A stretch of 64,000 nucleotides of DNA from an uncultured Gemmatimonadales bacterium (GTDB lineage Bacteria > Gemmatimonadota > Gemmatimonadetes > Longimicrobiales > RSA9). Where the stretch lies: positions 160,001-224,000 of the forward strand of contig CAVUKA010000003.1 in the NCBI GenBank assembly GCA_963741945.1. The letters run 5' to 3'. Both the position numbers and the translations under genes were made by a program. Positions 56,465 through 64,000 of this stretch are shown here, piece after piece; within the stretch, counting starts at the first letter, position 1, and each line of letters begins with the position of its first letter. The notes under the pieces are model-generated. The model searched no databases. It had not been told where the DNA came from and saw nothing but the letters and a program-made list of their open reading frames with translations.

Positions 56465-58753
56465 TCAGAAGTCCTTCTGCAGGTTGGCATAGCGCACCAC
56501 CACCTTCTTTCGGCCAATGTCCTCGAACTCGATCACCGCTTTCAGGTCGCGGCCGAAGCCGGAGAGCTCACGGATCGTCCCGCGCCCGAACTGCGGGTGC
56601 CGCACCACCTCGCCCTTGATGAAGCGGGGCGCGTCCTGGCTTTCGCTGTAGTCGATGACGTAGCCGTCGTCGCCGAAGCTCTCGTCCCGCTCGCGATCGC
56701 GTCCGGCCGTCCGGCGACCGAACCCGGCGGAGCGCCGGCTCTGCCAGCCGGAGTATGCGCGTTCCTGCCGCTCCACCTGGGGCGTCTGCCGCCGATCTAC
56801 CAGCGCCTCCGGCAGTGGCTGGAGAAAGCTCGACGGGATGCAGCTCTGGGTTTCGCCCATGCGCCTGCGCGTCCGGGCATGGGTGAGACACACCGCGCAT
56901 TTCGCCCGCGTGATGCCCACGTAGAAGAGGCGACGCTCTTCCTCCAGCTCCGAGGGCTCGTCGTACGCGCGCGCCAGCGGGAAGAGTCCGTCCTCCAGGC
57001 CACTGATGAACACCACCGGGAACTCCAGCCCCTTGGCGGTGTGGAGCGTCATGAGCGTTGCCGCGTTCGCGGTCGGATCATGCCGATCCACGTCCGTGAT
57101 CAGCGATACTTCCTGGAGAAAGAGGTCCAGCGCGCTCGCCCCCTCAGGGAGCTCGTCCAGCTCGCGCAGCGACGGCAGCCGATCATCGAACTCGTACGCG
57201 CCCGCGATCAGCTCGCGTACGTTGTCCGCCCGGTCTTCCCCGTCGGGCCCCTCCTCCGCCAGCGCGGTGAAGATCCCGACATCGGCCACGATGTGCTCCA
57301 CCAGCGCACCGGCGCCCTGCGACGCAGTGCGGTCGCGGAAGCTGTCGATCGCCGCCGCGAAGCGCTCCAGCGACGCCGCGGCCGCCGCCGTCAGGGTCCC
57401 GATGGTGCCCGCGGTCCTCGCGGCTTCCAGCTGCGACACGCCCCGGCCGGCCGCCCACTCCCGCAGCCGCTCCTGGTTCACCGCACCGATTCCGCGCCTT
57501 GGGTAGTTGACCACGCGGTCGAACGCCTGCCCGTCCAGCGGATTGGAAACCAGCCGCAGGTAGGCGAGCACGTCCATGATCTCGCGCCTCTCGTAGAAGC
57601 GGGTGCCGCCCACGATGCGGTAGGGCAGGCTGCGCTCGACCAGCGCCCGCTCCAGCTCACGCGACTGCGCATTCGTCCGGTAGAGCAGCGCGAAGTCCCG
57701 GGGCGACCGCTCTCCGCTCGACGACATCCGGACCTCGATCTCCGACGCGATCCAGTCCGCCTCGTCCCGCTCGTCCGCCGCCTCCACCAGCGTGAGCCGC
57801 TCCCCTTCATCCGCGTCCGTCCGCAGTGTCTTCCCCTTGCGCCGCACGTTCTCCGCGATCACCGCGTTGGCTGCATCCAGGATCCGTTGCGTGGAGCGGT
57901 AGTTGCGCTCCAGCCGGATGACACGCGTGCCCGGGAACTGCGCCTCGAAATCCAGGATGTTGCTGACATCCGCGCCCCGCCAGCCGTAGATGGACTGATC
58001 GTCGTCGCCCACCACCATCAGGTTTGTGGGCTCGGCCGCCCGGCGCGCCAGCATCTCCACCAGGACGTACTGCGCGTGGTTCGTGTCCTGGTACTCGTCC
58101 ACCAGGACGAAATGAAAGCGCTCGCGATAGCGCTCCAACAGGTCCGGCTCCCCGCGGAGCAGCTCCACCGGCTTGACCAGGAGGTCGTCGAAGTCGAACG
58201 CGTTCTGCTCCTTCAGCGCCGCCTGGTAGGCCGGGTACACGGCCGCCACCACGCGAGAGAAGGCATCGGAGGCGAGCGCAGCGAAGTCCGTGGGGTCGAT
58301 GAGCCGGTTCTTCGCGTCCGAGACCGACGCGCGCACCGCTTTGGGGTGCCACTTCTTCTGTGGAATGCTCAGCCGATCCATGGTCCGCTTCACTTCTGCC
58401 AGCGACGCGTCCGCATCGTAGATCGTGAAGTTGGCGGACCAGCCCAGAATGGAGGCGTGGCGGCGCAGAAGACGGGCGCCGACGGAGTGGAACGTGCCGA
58501 TCCACATCCCCGCCGGCTCCCGCGCCAGGAGGTGCCGCACGCGCTCGCGCATCTCGGCCGCCGCCTTGTTCGTGAATGTGACGGCCAGGATCGAGCGCGC
58601 GTCCACGCCATGCTCCTGGATCAGGTGCGCCACGCGCGTGGTGAGCACCCGCGTTTTCCCGGACCCGGCCCCGGCCAGCACCAGGAGCGGCCCCTCGAAA
58701 TGCTCGACAGCCGCGCGCTGTTCCGGATTCAGAGACTCGAGCCAGGCCCTCAT
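56465..58753 (-). CDS. pcrA: UvrD/PcrA superfamily I DNA helicase
   Basis: AGAGSGKT, TFTNKAA, DEYQDTN, GDDDQSIY, NYRS, H.AKGLEF, EERRLFYVGITRA, C-terminal Tudor-like HP.FG.G. Confidence 0.95.
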   Translation of the reverse strand: MRAWLESLNPEQRAAVEHFEGPLLVLAGAGSGKTRVLTTRVAHLIQEHGVDARSILAVTFTNKAAAEMRERVRHLLAREPAGMWIGTFHSVGARLLRRHASILGWSANFTIYDADASLAEVKRTMDRLSIPQKKWHPKAVRASVSDAKNRLIDPTDFAALASDAFSRVVAAVYPAYQAALKEQNAFDFDDLLVKPVELLRGEPDLLERYRERFHFVLVDEYQDTNHAQYVLVEMLARRAAEPTNLMVVGDDDQSIYGWRGADVSNILDFEAQFPGTRVIRLERNYRSTQRILDAANAVIAENVRRKGKTLRTDADEGERLTLVEAADERDEADWIASEIEVRMSSSGERSPRDFALLYRTNAQSRELERALVERSLPYRIVGGTRFYERREIMDVLAYLRLVSNPLDGQAFDRVVNYPRRGIGAVNQERLREWAAGRGVSQLEAARTAGTIGTLTAAAAASLERFAAAIDSFRDRTASQGAGALVEHIVADVGIFTALAEEGPDGEDRADNVRELIAGAYEFDDRLPSLRELDELPEGASALDLFLQEVSLITDVDRHDPTANAATLMTLHTAKGLEFPVVFISGLEDGLFPLARAYDEPSELEEERRLFYVGITRAKCAVCLTHARTRRRMGETQSCIPSSFLQPLPEALVDRRQTPQVERQERAYSGWQSRRSAGFGRRTAGRDRERDESFGDDGYVIDYSESQDAPRFIKGEVVRHPQFGRGTIRELSGFGRDLKAVIEFEDIGRKKVVVRYANLQKDF

Positions 58754-58757
58754 CGGG

Positions 58758-59957
58758 TCACCCCCGCGGACGGCGACGCCACCCGCTCACCACGGGAATG
58801 CGGATCTCGAACCGCGCCCCTCCCGTCAGGCGCTCTCCGGCCCGGATCCGACCCGAATGGACGTCTTCCACGATCCGGCGCGCCAGCGACAGCCCGACGC
58901 CCCAGCCGCCCGGCTTGGTCGTGATCCCCGGCTCGAAGAGGCGATCGCGCACGCGCGAATCCACCCCCGGCCCGTCGTCCGCCACGAGGAAACGCACCCC
59001 GCCCTGGTAGCGGGACGCGCTCAGCCGGATCTTCCCGCCCCTGCCCGCCAGCGCGTCCAGCGAGTTCTTCACACAGTTCTCCAGCGCCCATACCAGCAAC
59101 ACCCGGTTCGCCTCCAGATCCGGGAGCCCGGGGGAAACACGCACCCTGAGCTCCACTCCCGGCTTCTCTTTCGGCAATCGCGGCCGGAGGTACTGCTCCA
59201 GCTCTTGCATCACGGATTCCGGTCGTACGGGCGAGAGCGCCGGTGGCTTTCCGATGAGCTCGAAGCGCCTGGAGACCCGCTCGAGTCGGTCCACGTCCGC
59301 CCCAAGCTCCCGTGCCAGCCGCCCATCCGTCACCAGCTGGGCTCGCTCCCCCGCCGGCAGCTGGAGCACTTCGTGCCACCCCTTCAGTGACGTGAGTGGC
59401 GTACCCATCTGATGCGCCAGCTCCCGGGCCATGGCGCTCCACATCCGCTCCCGCTCCGTGCGCAACGCACCGCGGACCACGACATACCCCACGAACAGCA
59501 GCAGCACCGCCCCGGCCACCTGGAGCGTTGCCGCCCACCGCAGCCGGTTGATGATCTCCGGACTGCCGAAATGCATCGAGCCGCGACCCACTTCCACGAT
59601 CGGCGGGTTCCGCGCGTCGAGCGTCTTCACGTATTCCAGCACACGCGCCCGGTCCGCCGGGTCGCCGAGATCCGCTTCGAACGGCAGATTGGCGGCCGCG
59701 TACGGCACGCCATCGGCGTTCACCGCCACGATGGGAACGCCCAGGTGGGTCAGCTCGCTCTGCAGGTCGGTGAGCGCGCGAAGCTCGGCACCCGGGTCGT
59801 CCGACAGGAGCCCCTGCTGGACCAGGGCATACATCCGCTTGTGGACTTCCGCTTCGACGCGGAACTCCCGCACCAGCTGCTCCGTGTAGAGCAGGTAGGA
59901 CCCGAGCACGGCGATCGCGAGCAGCGCAACGCCGGCCGGCCAGTGGCGGGCGGTCAT
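58758..59957 (-). CDS. Two-TM sensor histidine kinase
   Basis: H-box ELAHQMGTPL, N-box ENCVKNSLDA, DDGPG, F-box, GWGVGL. Confidence 0.93.
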   Translation of the reverse strand: MTARHWPAGVALLAIAVLGSYLLYTEQLVREFRVEAEVHKRMYALVQQGLLSDDPGAELRALTDLQSELTHLGVPIVAVNADGVPYAAANLPFEADLGDPADRARVLEYVKTLDARNPPIVEVGRGSMHFGSPEIINRLRWAATLQVAGAVLLLFVGYVVVRGALRTERERMWSAMARELAHQMGTPLTSLKGWHEVLQLPAGERAQLVTDGRLARELGADVDRLERVSRRFELIGKPPALSPVRPESVMQELEQYLRPRLPKEKPGVELRVRVSPGLPDLEANRVLLVWALENCVKNSLDALAGRGGKIRLSASRYQGGVRFLVADDGPGVDSRVRDRLFEPGITTKPGGWGVGLSLARRIVEDVHSGRIRAGERLTGGARFEIRIPVVSGWRRRPRG

Positions 59958-59972
59958 GGGAACCCCCGTGGA

Positions 59973-61250
59973 TCACGCGATCCGGTCGGTGCCGACGTAC
60001 TCGACCAGGACCTCGGGTACCTTCAGGCTGCCATCCGGCTGCTGATAGGTTTCAAGCAGTGCCACCATGGTGCGGGCGACGCCGAGCCCCGAGCCGTTCA
60101 GCGTGTGCACGTATTCCGGCTTCCCGCCCGGCGCCGGCCGGTAACGGATATCCGCTCGACGCGCCTGGTAGTCCGTATATGTGGAGCAGCTGGAGACTTC
60201 CAGCCACCGCTCGACGCCCGGAGACCACGCTTCCAGATCGTACGTCTTCGCGTTCGAGAAACCGAGGTCTCCCCCGGCCAGGAGCAGCACGCGATAGCGC
60301 AGCCCCAGCGCACGCAGGACCGACTCCGCGTGACCGGTCAGCTCCTCGAGCGCGGCCGGACTGTCCTCGGGCCGCTCGAAACGCATCATTTCCACCTTGT
60401 CGAACTGGTGGAGACGCAGCAACCCCCGCGTGTCCTTGCCCGCGGCACCCGCTTCGCGCCGGAAGCACGGGGTGTACGCGGCGTACCGGATCGGCAGCTG
60501 CGCCGCCCCGAGGATCTCGCCGGCGTGCATGTTGGTCAGCGGCAGCTCCGCGGTGGGCACCAGGTAGAGGTCGTCGCGCTCGGAATGGTACATGTCCTCG
60601 GCGAACTTCGGCAGGTGCCCGGTCCCCGTGGCGGCCGCCGCGTTCACCAGGAGCGGCGGCCACACTTCGGTGTATCCGTGCTCGCGCGTGTGAAGGTCCA
60701 CCATGAAATTGATGAGCGCGCGCTCCAGCCGCGCCCCCATGCCGGTGTAGAGCGGGAAACCGCTCCCCGCGATCTTCGCTCCACGGGCCAGATCGAGCAG
60801 CCCCAGCGATTCCCCCACGTCCCAGTGCGCGCGGCGCGCGAACGGCTCCGGCTCCTCACCCCACTCACGGAGCACGACATTCGCCGGCTCGCCGCCGGCG
60901 GGGACCTCCGGGTCCGGCGTGTTCGGGATCTCCAGCAGCACCGCGTTGAGCTCGTCGTCTATCGTGGCGAGGCGCTCCTCGCGCGCCGACAGCCGCTCGC
61001 CGAGCTCCCGCATCTCCAGAATGACGGACTGGGCTTCCTCGTGCCGCCCCTCCCGCTTGAGGTCCCCCACGCGCGGTGAAACCTCGTTCCGACGCGCGCG
61101 CATCGCGTCCACTTCCGCGACGAGCGCCCGCCGCTCCTCATCCAGCGACAACGCCCGGTCGACGCTCTCGGACAATGCCGGGTTCCCGCGCACGGCCAGC
61201 CGCTCCCGCACTGCCTCCGGCTCGTCCCGCAATCGCTTGATGTCGAGCAT
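59973..61250 (-). CDS. serS: Serine--tRNA ligase
   Basis: MLDIK, coiled-coil arm, PTAE, FRREAG, HQFDKVE, EVSSCS, TLNGSG. Start ATG 61250. Confidence 0.98.
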   Translation of the reverse strand: MLDIKRLRDEPEAVRERLAVRGNPALSESVDRALSLDEERRALVAEVDAMRARRNEVSPRVGDLKREGRHEEAQSVILEMRELGERLSAREERLATIDDELNAVLLEIPNTPDPEVPAGGEPANVVLREWGEEPEPFARRAHWDVGESLGLLDLARGAKIAGSGFPLYTGMGARLERALINFMVDLHTREHGYTEVWPPLLVNAAAATGTGHLPKFAEDMYHSERDDLYLVPTAELPLTNMHAGEILGAAQLPIRYAAYTPCFRREAGAAGKDTRGLLRLHQFDKVEMMRFERPEDSPAALEELTGHAESVLRALGLRYRVLLLAGGDLGFSNAKTYDLEAWSPGVERWLEVSSCSTYTDYQARRADIRYRPAPGGKPEYVHTLNGSGLGVARTMVALLETYQQPDGSLKVPEVLVEYVGTDRIA

Positions 61251-61261
61251 CTGGCCGCCGG

Positions 61262-61831
61262 CTACCCGTTGTTCGATGGGAGCAGGTCGCGGCGGTTGCA
61301 GAACGTGTTCGCCGCCACCCTCAGCTCCACTTCGCCCGTCGTCGCAATGTTCAGGACCTGGAACTTGCCGTAGTGGTTGCAGCCGGCGCGATCTCGCCGC
61401 GACTTGACCGCGTACAGCCAGCCCGTCCGGAGTGGCACGGCGGAATCCGTGACGTAGCCGTCCCTGGGCGCGAGCACCAGATCGTCCCAGCTGGTCCCGC
61501 TCGAGTCGACCGCGATCCCGGGTGCGATGTCGAAGTTCTGGAACATCCCCGAGGGGAGCGCCACGAAGGCGCCATCCAGCTCGCTCACCGCCATGTCGAA
61601 GCCGCGGGGGTCCAGCCGGGCCGTGGACTCCACGACGACGGCGGAGTACGAGATGAAGTCGTACGCCGAGGGGCGATCCAGCAGCTCGGGTCGCGCCAGC
61701 GAGTACAGCGACACCGTGTCCTCCGGGACCAGCCAGGTGTCCTGGTAGCCGTTGCACCCGTCCAGCGGGAGAATGGCGACGGCGCAAACGAGCGCCAGCG
61801 CCCCGATCATTACATTCCGTTCGTGCGTCAT
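61262..61831 (-). CDS. Hypothetical lipoprotein (beta-rich)
   Basis: Hydrophobic signal plus LDGC; GC-rich third codon positions; 11 nt before the serS start. Confidence 0.75.
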   Translation of the reverse strand: MTHERNVMIGALALVCAVAILPLDGCNGYQDTWLVPEDTVSLYSLARPELLDRPSAYDFISYSAVVVESTARLDPRGFDMAVSELDGAFVALPSGMFQNFDIAPGIAVDSSGTSWDDLVLAPRDGYVTDSAVPLRTGWLYAVKSRRDRAGCNHYGKFQVLNIATTGEVELRVAANTFCNRRDLLPSNNG

Positions 61832-61841
61832 AGGCGGGCGA

Positions 61842-61871
61842 AGGGTAAGGTTCGGACGATACCGATGTCAA
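61842..61871 (-). promoter_or_regulatory. Candidate sigma70 promoter of the lipoprotein-serS operon
   Basis: Minus strand TTGACA-N18-TACCCT, 10 nt before the ATG. Confidence 0.55.
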
Positions 61872-61894
61872 GCTGCCATGCGGGTTTCCCGCGC

Positions 61895-61923
61895 TTGACA
61901 CGAGGCGGAGCCTGGTCCATGTT
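61895..61923 (+). promoter_or_regulatory. Candidate sigma70 promoter of the receiver/nucleotidyltransferase operon
   Basis: TTGACA-N17-CATGTT. Confidence 0.5.
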
Positions 61924-62020
61924 TCCGCCTCCGTACCCGCCGCGCCACGTGAGGGTCCGGAGCGTCGCCGGCACGAATCTCGCACTCGTCGCACCGGCAC
62001 GTCCACCCCTCGAGGCGCCC

Positions 62021-62413
<393 letters not shown>

Positions 62414-63454
62414 TCGTTTGTGGGCCGTGGTCCTGGCCGGGGGCGTGGGCGCCCGGTTCTGGCCGGTTTCCACCCCATCGCGACCCAAGCAGCTCCTGCC
62501 CCTCGCGGGACCGGAGCCCCTCATCCGTGAGACCATCCGGCGCATCCAGCCGCTGGTTCCCCTCGAGCGCGTCCGGATCCTGGCCGGCAACGACCTCCGC
62601 GGGCCGATCCGCGATGCCGTGGACGGCCTCGATGACGAAAACTTCTTCCTCGAGCCGCAGCCCCGGGGCACCGGTCCGGTCCTCCTCTGGGCCGCCCACC
62701 GCATCGCTGCCGAGGACCCGGACGCCATCATGGTTTCGCTCCACGCGGACCATGCGATACGCCCCGAGCCCGCGTTCCGCGAGCGCGTGGCCGCGGCGGC
62801 GGCGGCGGCCGACCGCCACGACCGGCTCTTCACCGTGGGCGTCCAGCCTACCCGCCCCGAGACCGGGTACGGCTACATCCGCCCGGGCCGGGCGCTGGAT
62901 GACGCGGGCTCGTTCGCGGTGGACGCGTTCGTGGAGAAGCCGAACGCCGAGACCGCGCGCTCGTACCTGACCTCCGGCGATTACCTCTGGAACAGCGGGA
63001 TCTTCATCTGGCGCGTTTCCCGTCTTCTCGCGGAGGCCCGGGAGGTGGCCCCCGAGCTCGCGGACCTGCTCCCGCTCCTCGACACCGGGGACGTGGACGA
63101 GTTCTTCGCCGTGGCGCCCCGCATTTCCGTGGACGAGGCACTTCTGGAGCGGTCGGATCGCGTCGGTGTCGTGGCGGCGACATTCGAATGGGACGACGTG
63201 GGCACGTGGGATGCCGTCGCCCGGACGCGCGAGCTCGACCAGGACCGCAACGCGGTCGTGGGCTCCGCCCGGCTCCTGGAGTCCAGCCGCTGCGTGGTCT
63301 GGAACGAAACGGACCAGCCGGTGGTGGTCTTCGGCGCGTCCGACATGGTCGTCGTCACCGTCGACGGCGTCACACTGGTCCTCCCCCGCAGCCGCGCTTC
63401 CGACCTGAAGCAGCTGCTGGATGCGATTCCCGCCGACATCCGGGACAGCCGACC

Positions 63455-64000
63455 GTGAGCCAGACCGCGCTCGTTCTCTTCGATGACGCCGTCGCCCGCG
63501 ACTGGCTCCCGTTCACCCTGACCCGTCCGGCGGGCGAGCTGCTCTTCGGGACGCTCACGCTCCGGGGACGCGCGGAGCGGACGCTGGGCCTCGCGTGCGC
63601 GGGGCACATCGCCGCCCCGCACCTCGCAGCCTACGATGAGCCCTGGGCACCTCCCGTGCTGCAGCCGTCCGCTGTGGGCACCGGAAAGGGCGCGATCTTC
63701 CTGAGCTCGCGCTTCGCCCTGGAGCGCGCCTCCATTCCGCACCACGCTGCACTGCTCACCGTTTCGGGCCGAGTGGCCGGCGTCCGGCTCCTTCCCGGCG
63801 GCGCCGTCCCGGAAACGCGGTTCTTCGACCGGCCGGATGACTTCGCTCCCGACCTGCCCCGCCACGAGATTCAGGGCCGCTGGCTCGATTCTCCCTGGCA
63901 CCTGATGACCGGGAACGCCGAGCGGGTGGGCGCCGATCTCGCCACCGCATCGCCCTCCGATCTTCCTCCCCACGTTCACAACCTTGGAGGTGGCGTGGTC
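63455..64000 (+). CDS. GlmU-related putative sugar nucleotidyltransferase, 5' part (runs off the right edge)
   Basis: Manual translation from GTG overlapping the manC stop: MSQTALVLFDD..ARDWLPFTLTRPAGELLFGTLTL...PWHLMTGN. Confidence 0.75.
   Translation, partial: MSQTALVLFDDAVARDWLPFTLTRPAGELLFGTLTLRGRAERTLGLACAGHIAAPHLAAYDEPWAPPVLQPSAVGTGKGAIFLSSRFALERASIPHHAALLTVSGRVAGVRLLPGGAVPETRFFDRPDDFAPDLPRHEIQGRWLDSPWHLMTGNAERVGADLATASPSDLPPHVHNLGGGVV

Noticed and set aside
56165-58924. 919-aa plus-strand ORF
   Set aside because: Mirror frame of pcrA and gatC

Overview
A very GC-rich, gene-dense 64 kb stretch of core bacterial chromosome. Protein style and gene order suggest Gemmatimonadota (inference only). 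It holds about 61 CDS. On the minus strand: valS (partial), a DapL-like aminotransferase, a JAB-DinG fusion, clpB-lipoprotein-trxA-rsmI, mreBCD-mrdA-rodA-accD-folC-hisS-proS-lysA-guaA, rimP-nusA-L7Ae-infB-DUF503-rbfA-truB-ribF-rpsO-pnp-M16 peptidase-ald-dut, murA-phasin-like-pgeF, and serS-histidine kinase-pcrA-gatCAB-M61 peptidase. A receiver protein and sugar-nucleotidyltransferase cluster lies at the right edge. I saw no tRNA, rRNA, CRISPR array, transposase, integrase or phage gene. The best candidate for an undescribed system is a tightly packed six-gene plus-strand operon (47455-51419). It joins a stand-alone PTS EIIA, a non-canonical PII-like protein and a CPA2-type cation/H+ antiporter to DUF948-like, YtxH-like and exported Zn-dependent phospholipase C-like genes. 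Other points of interest: an intact JAMM motif on a DinG helicase missing one Fe-S cysteine, Cys-to-Asp MurA, an apparent CUG start for mreB, candidate leader RNAs (rimP, rpsO, ald-dut, valS) and a sigma54-type promoter. All calls come from motif recognition by eye. No database search or folding computation was run, and start codons were chosen manually.
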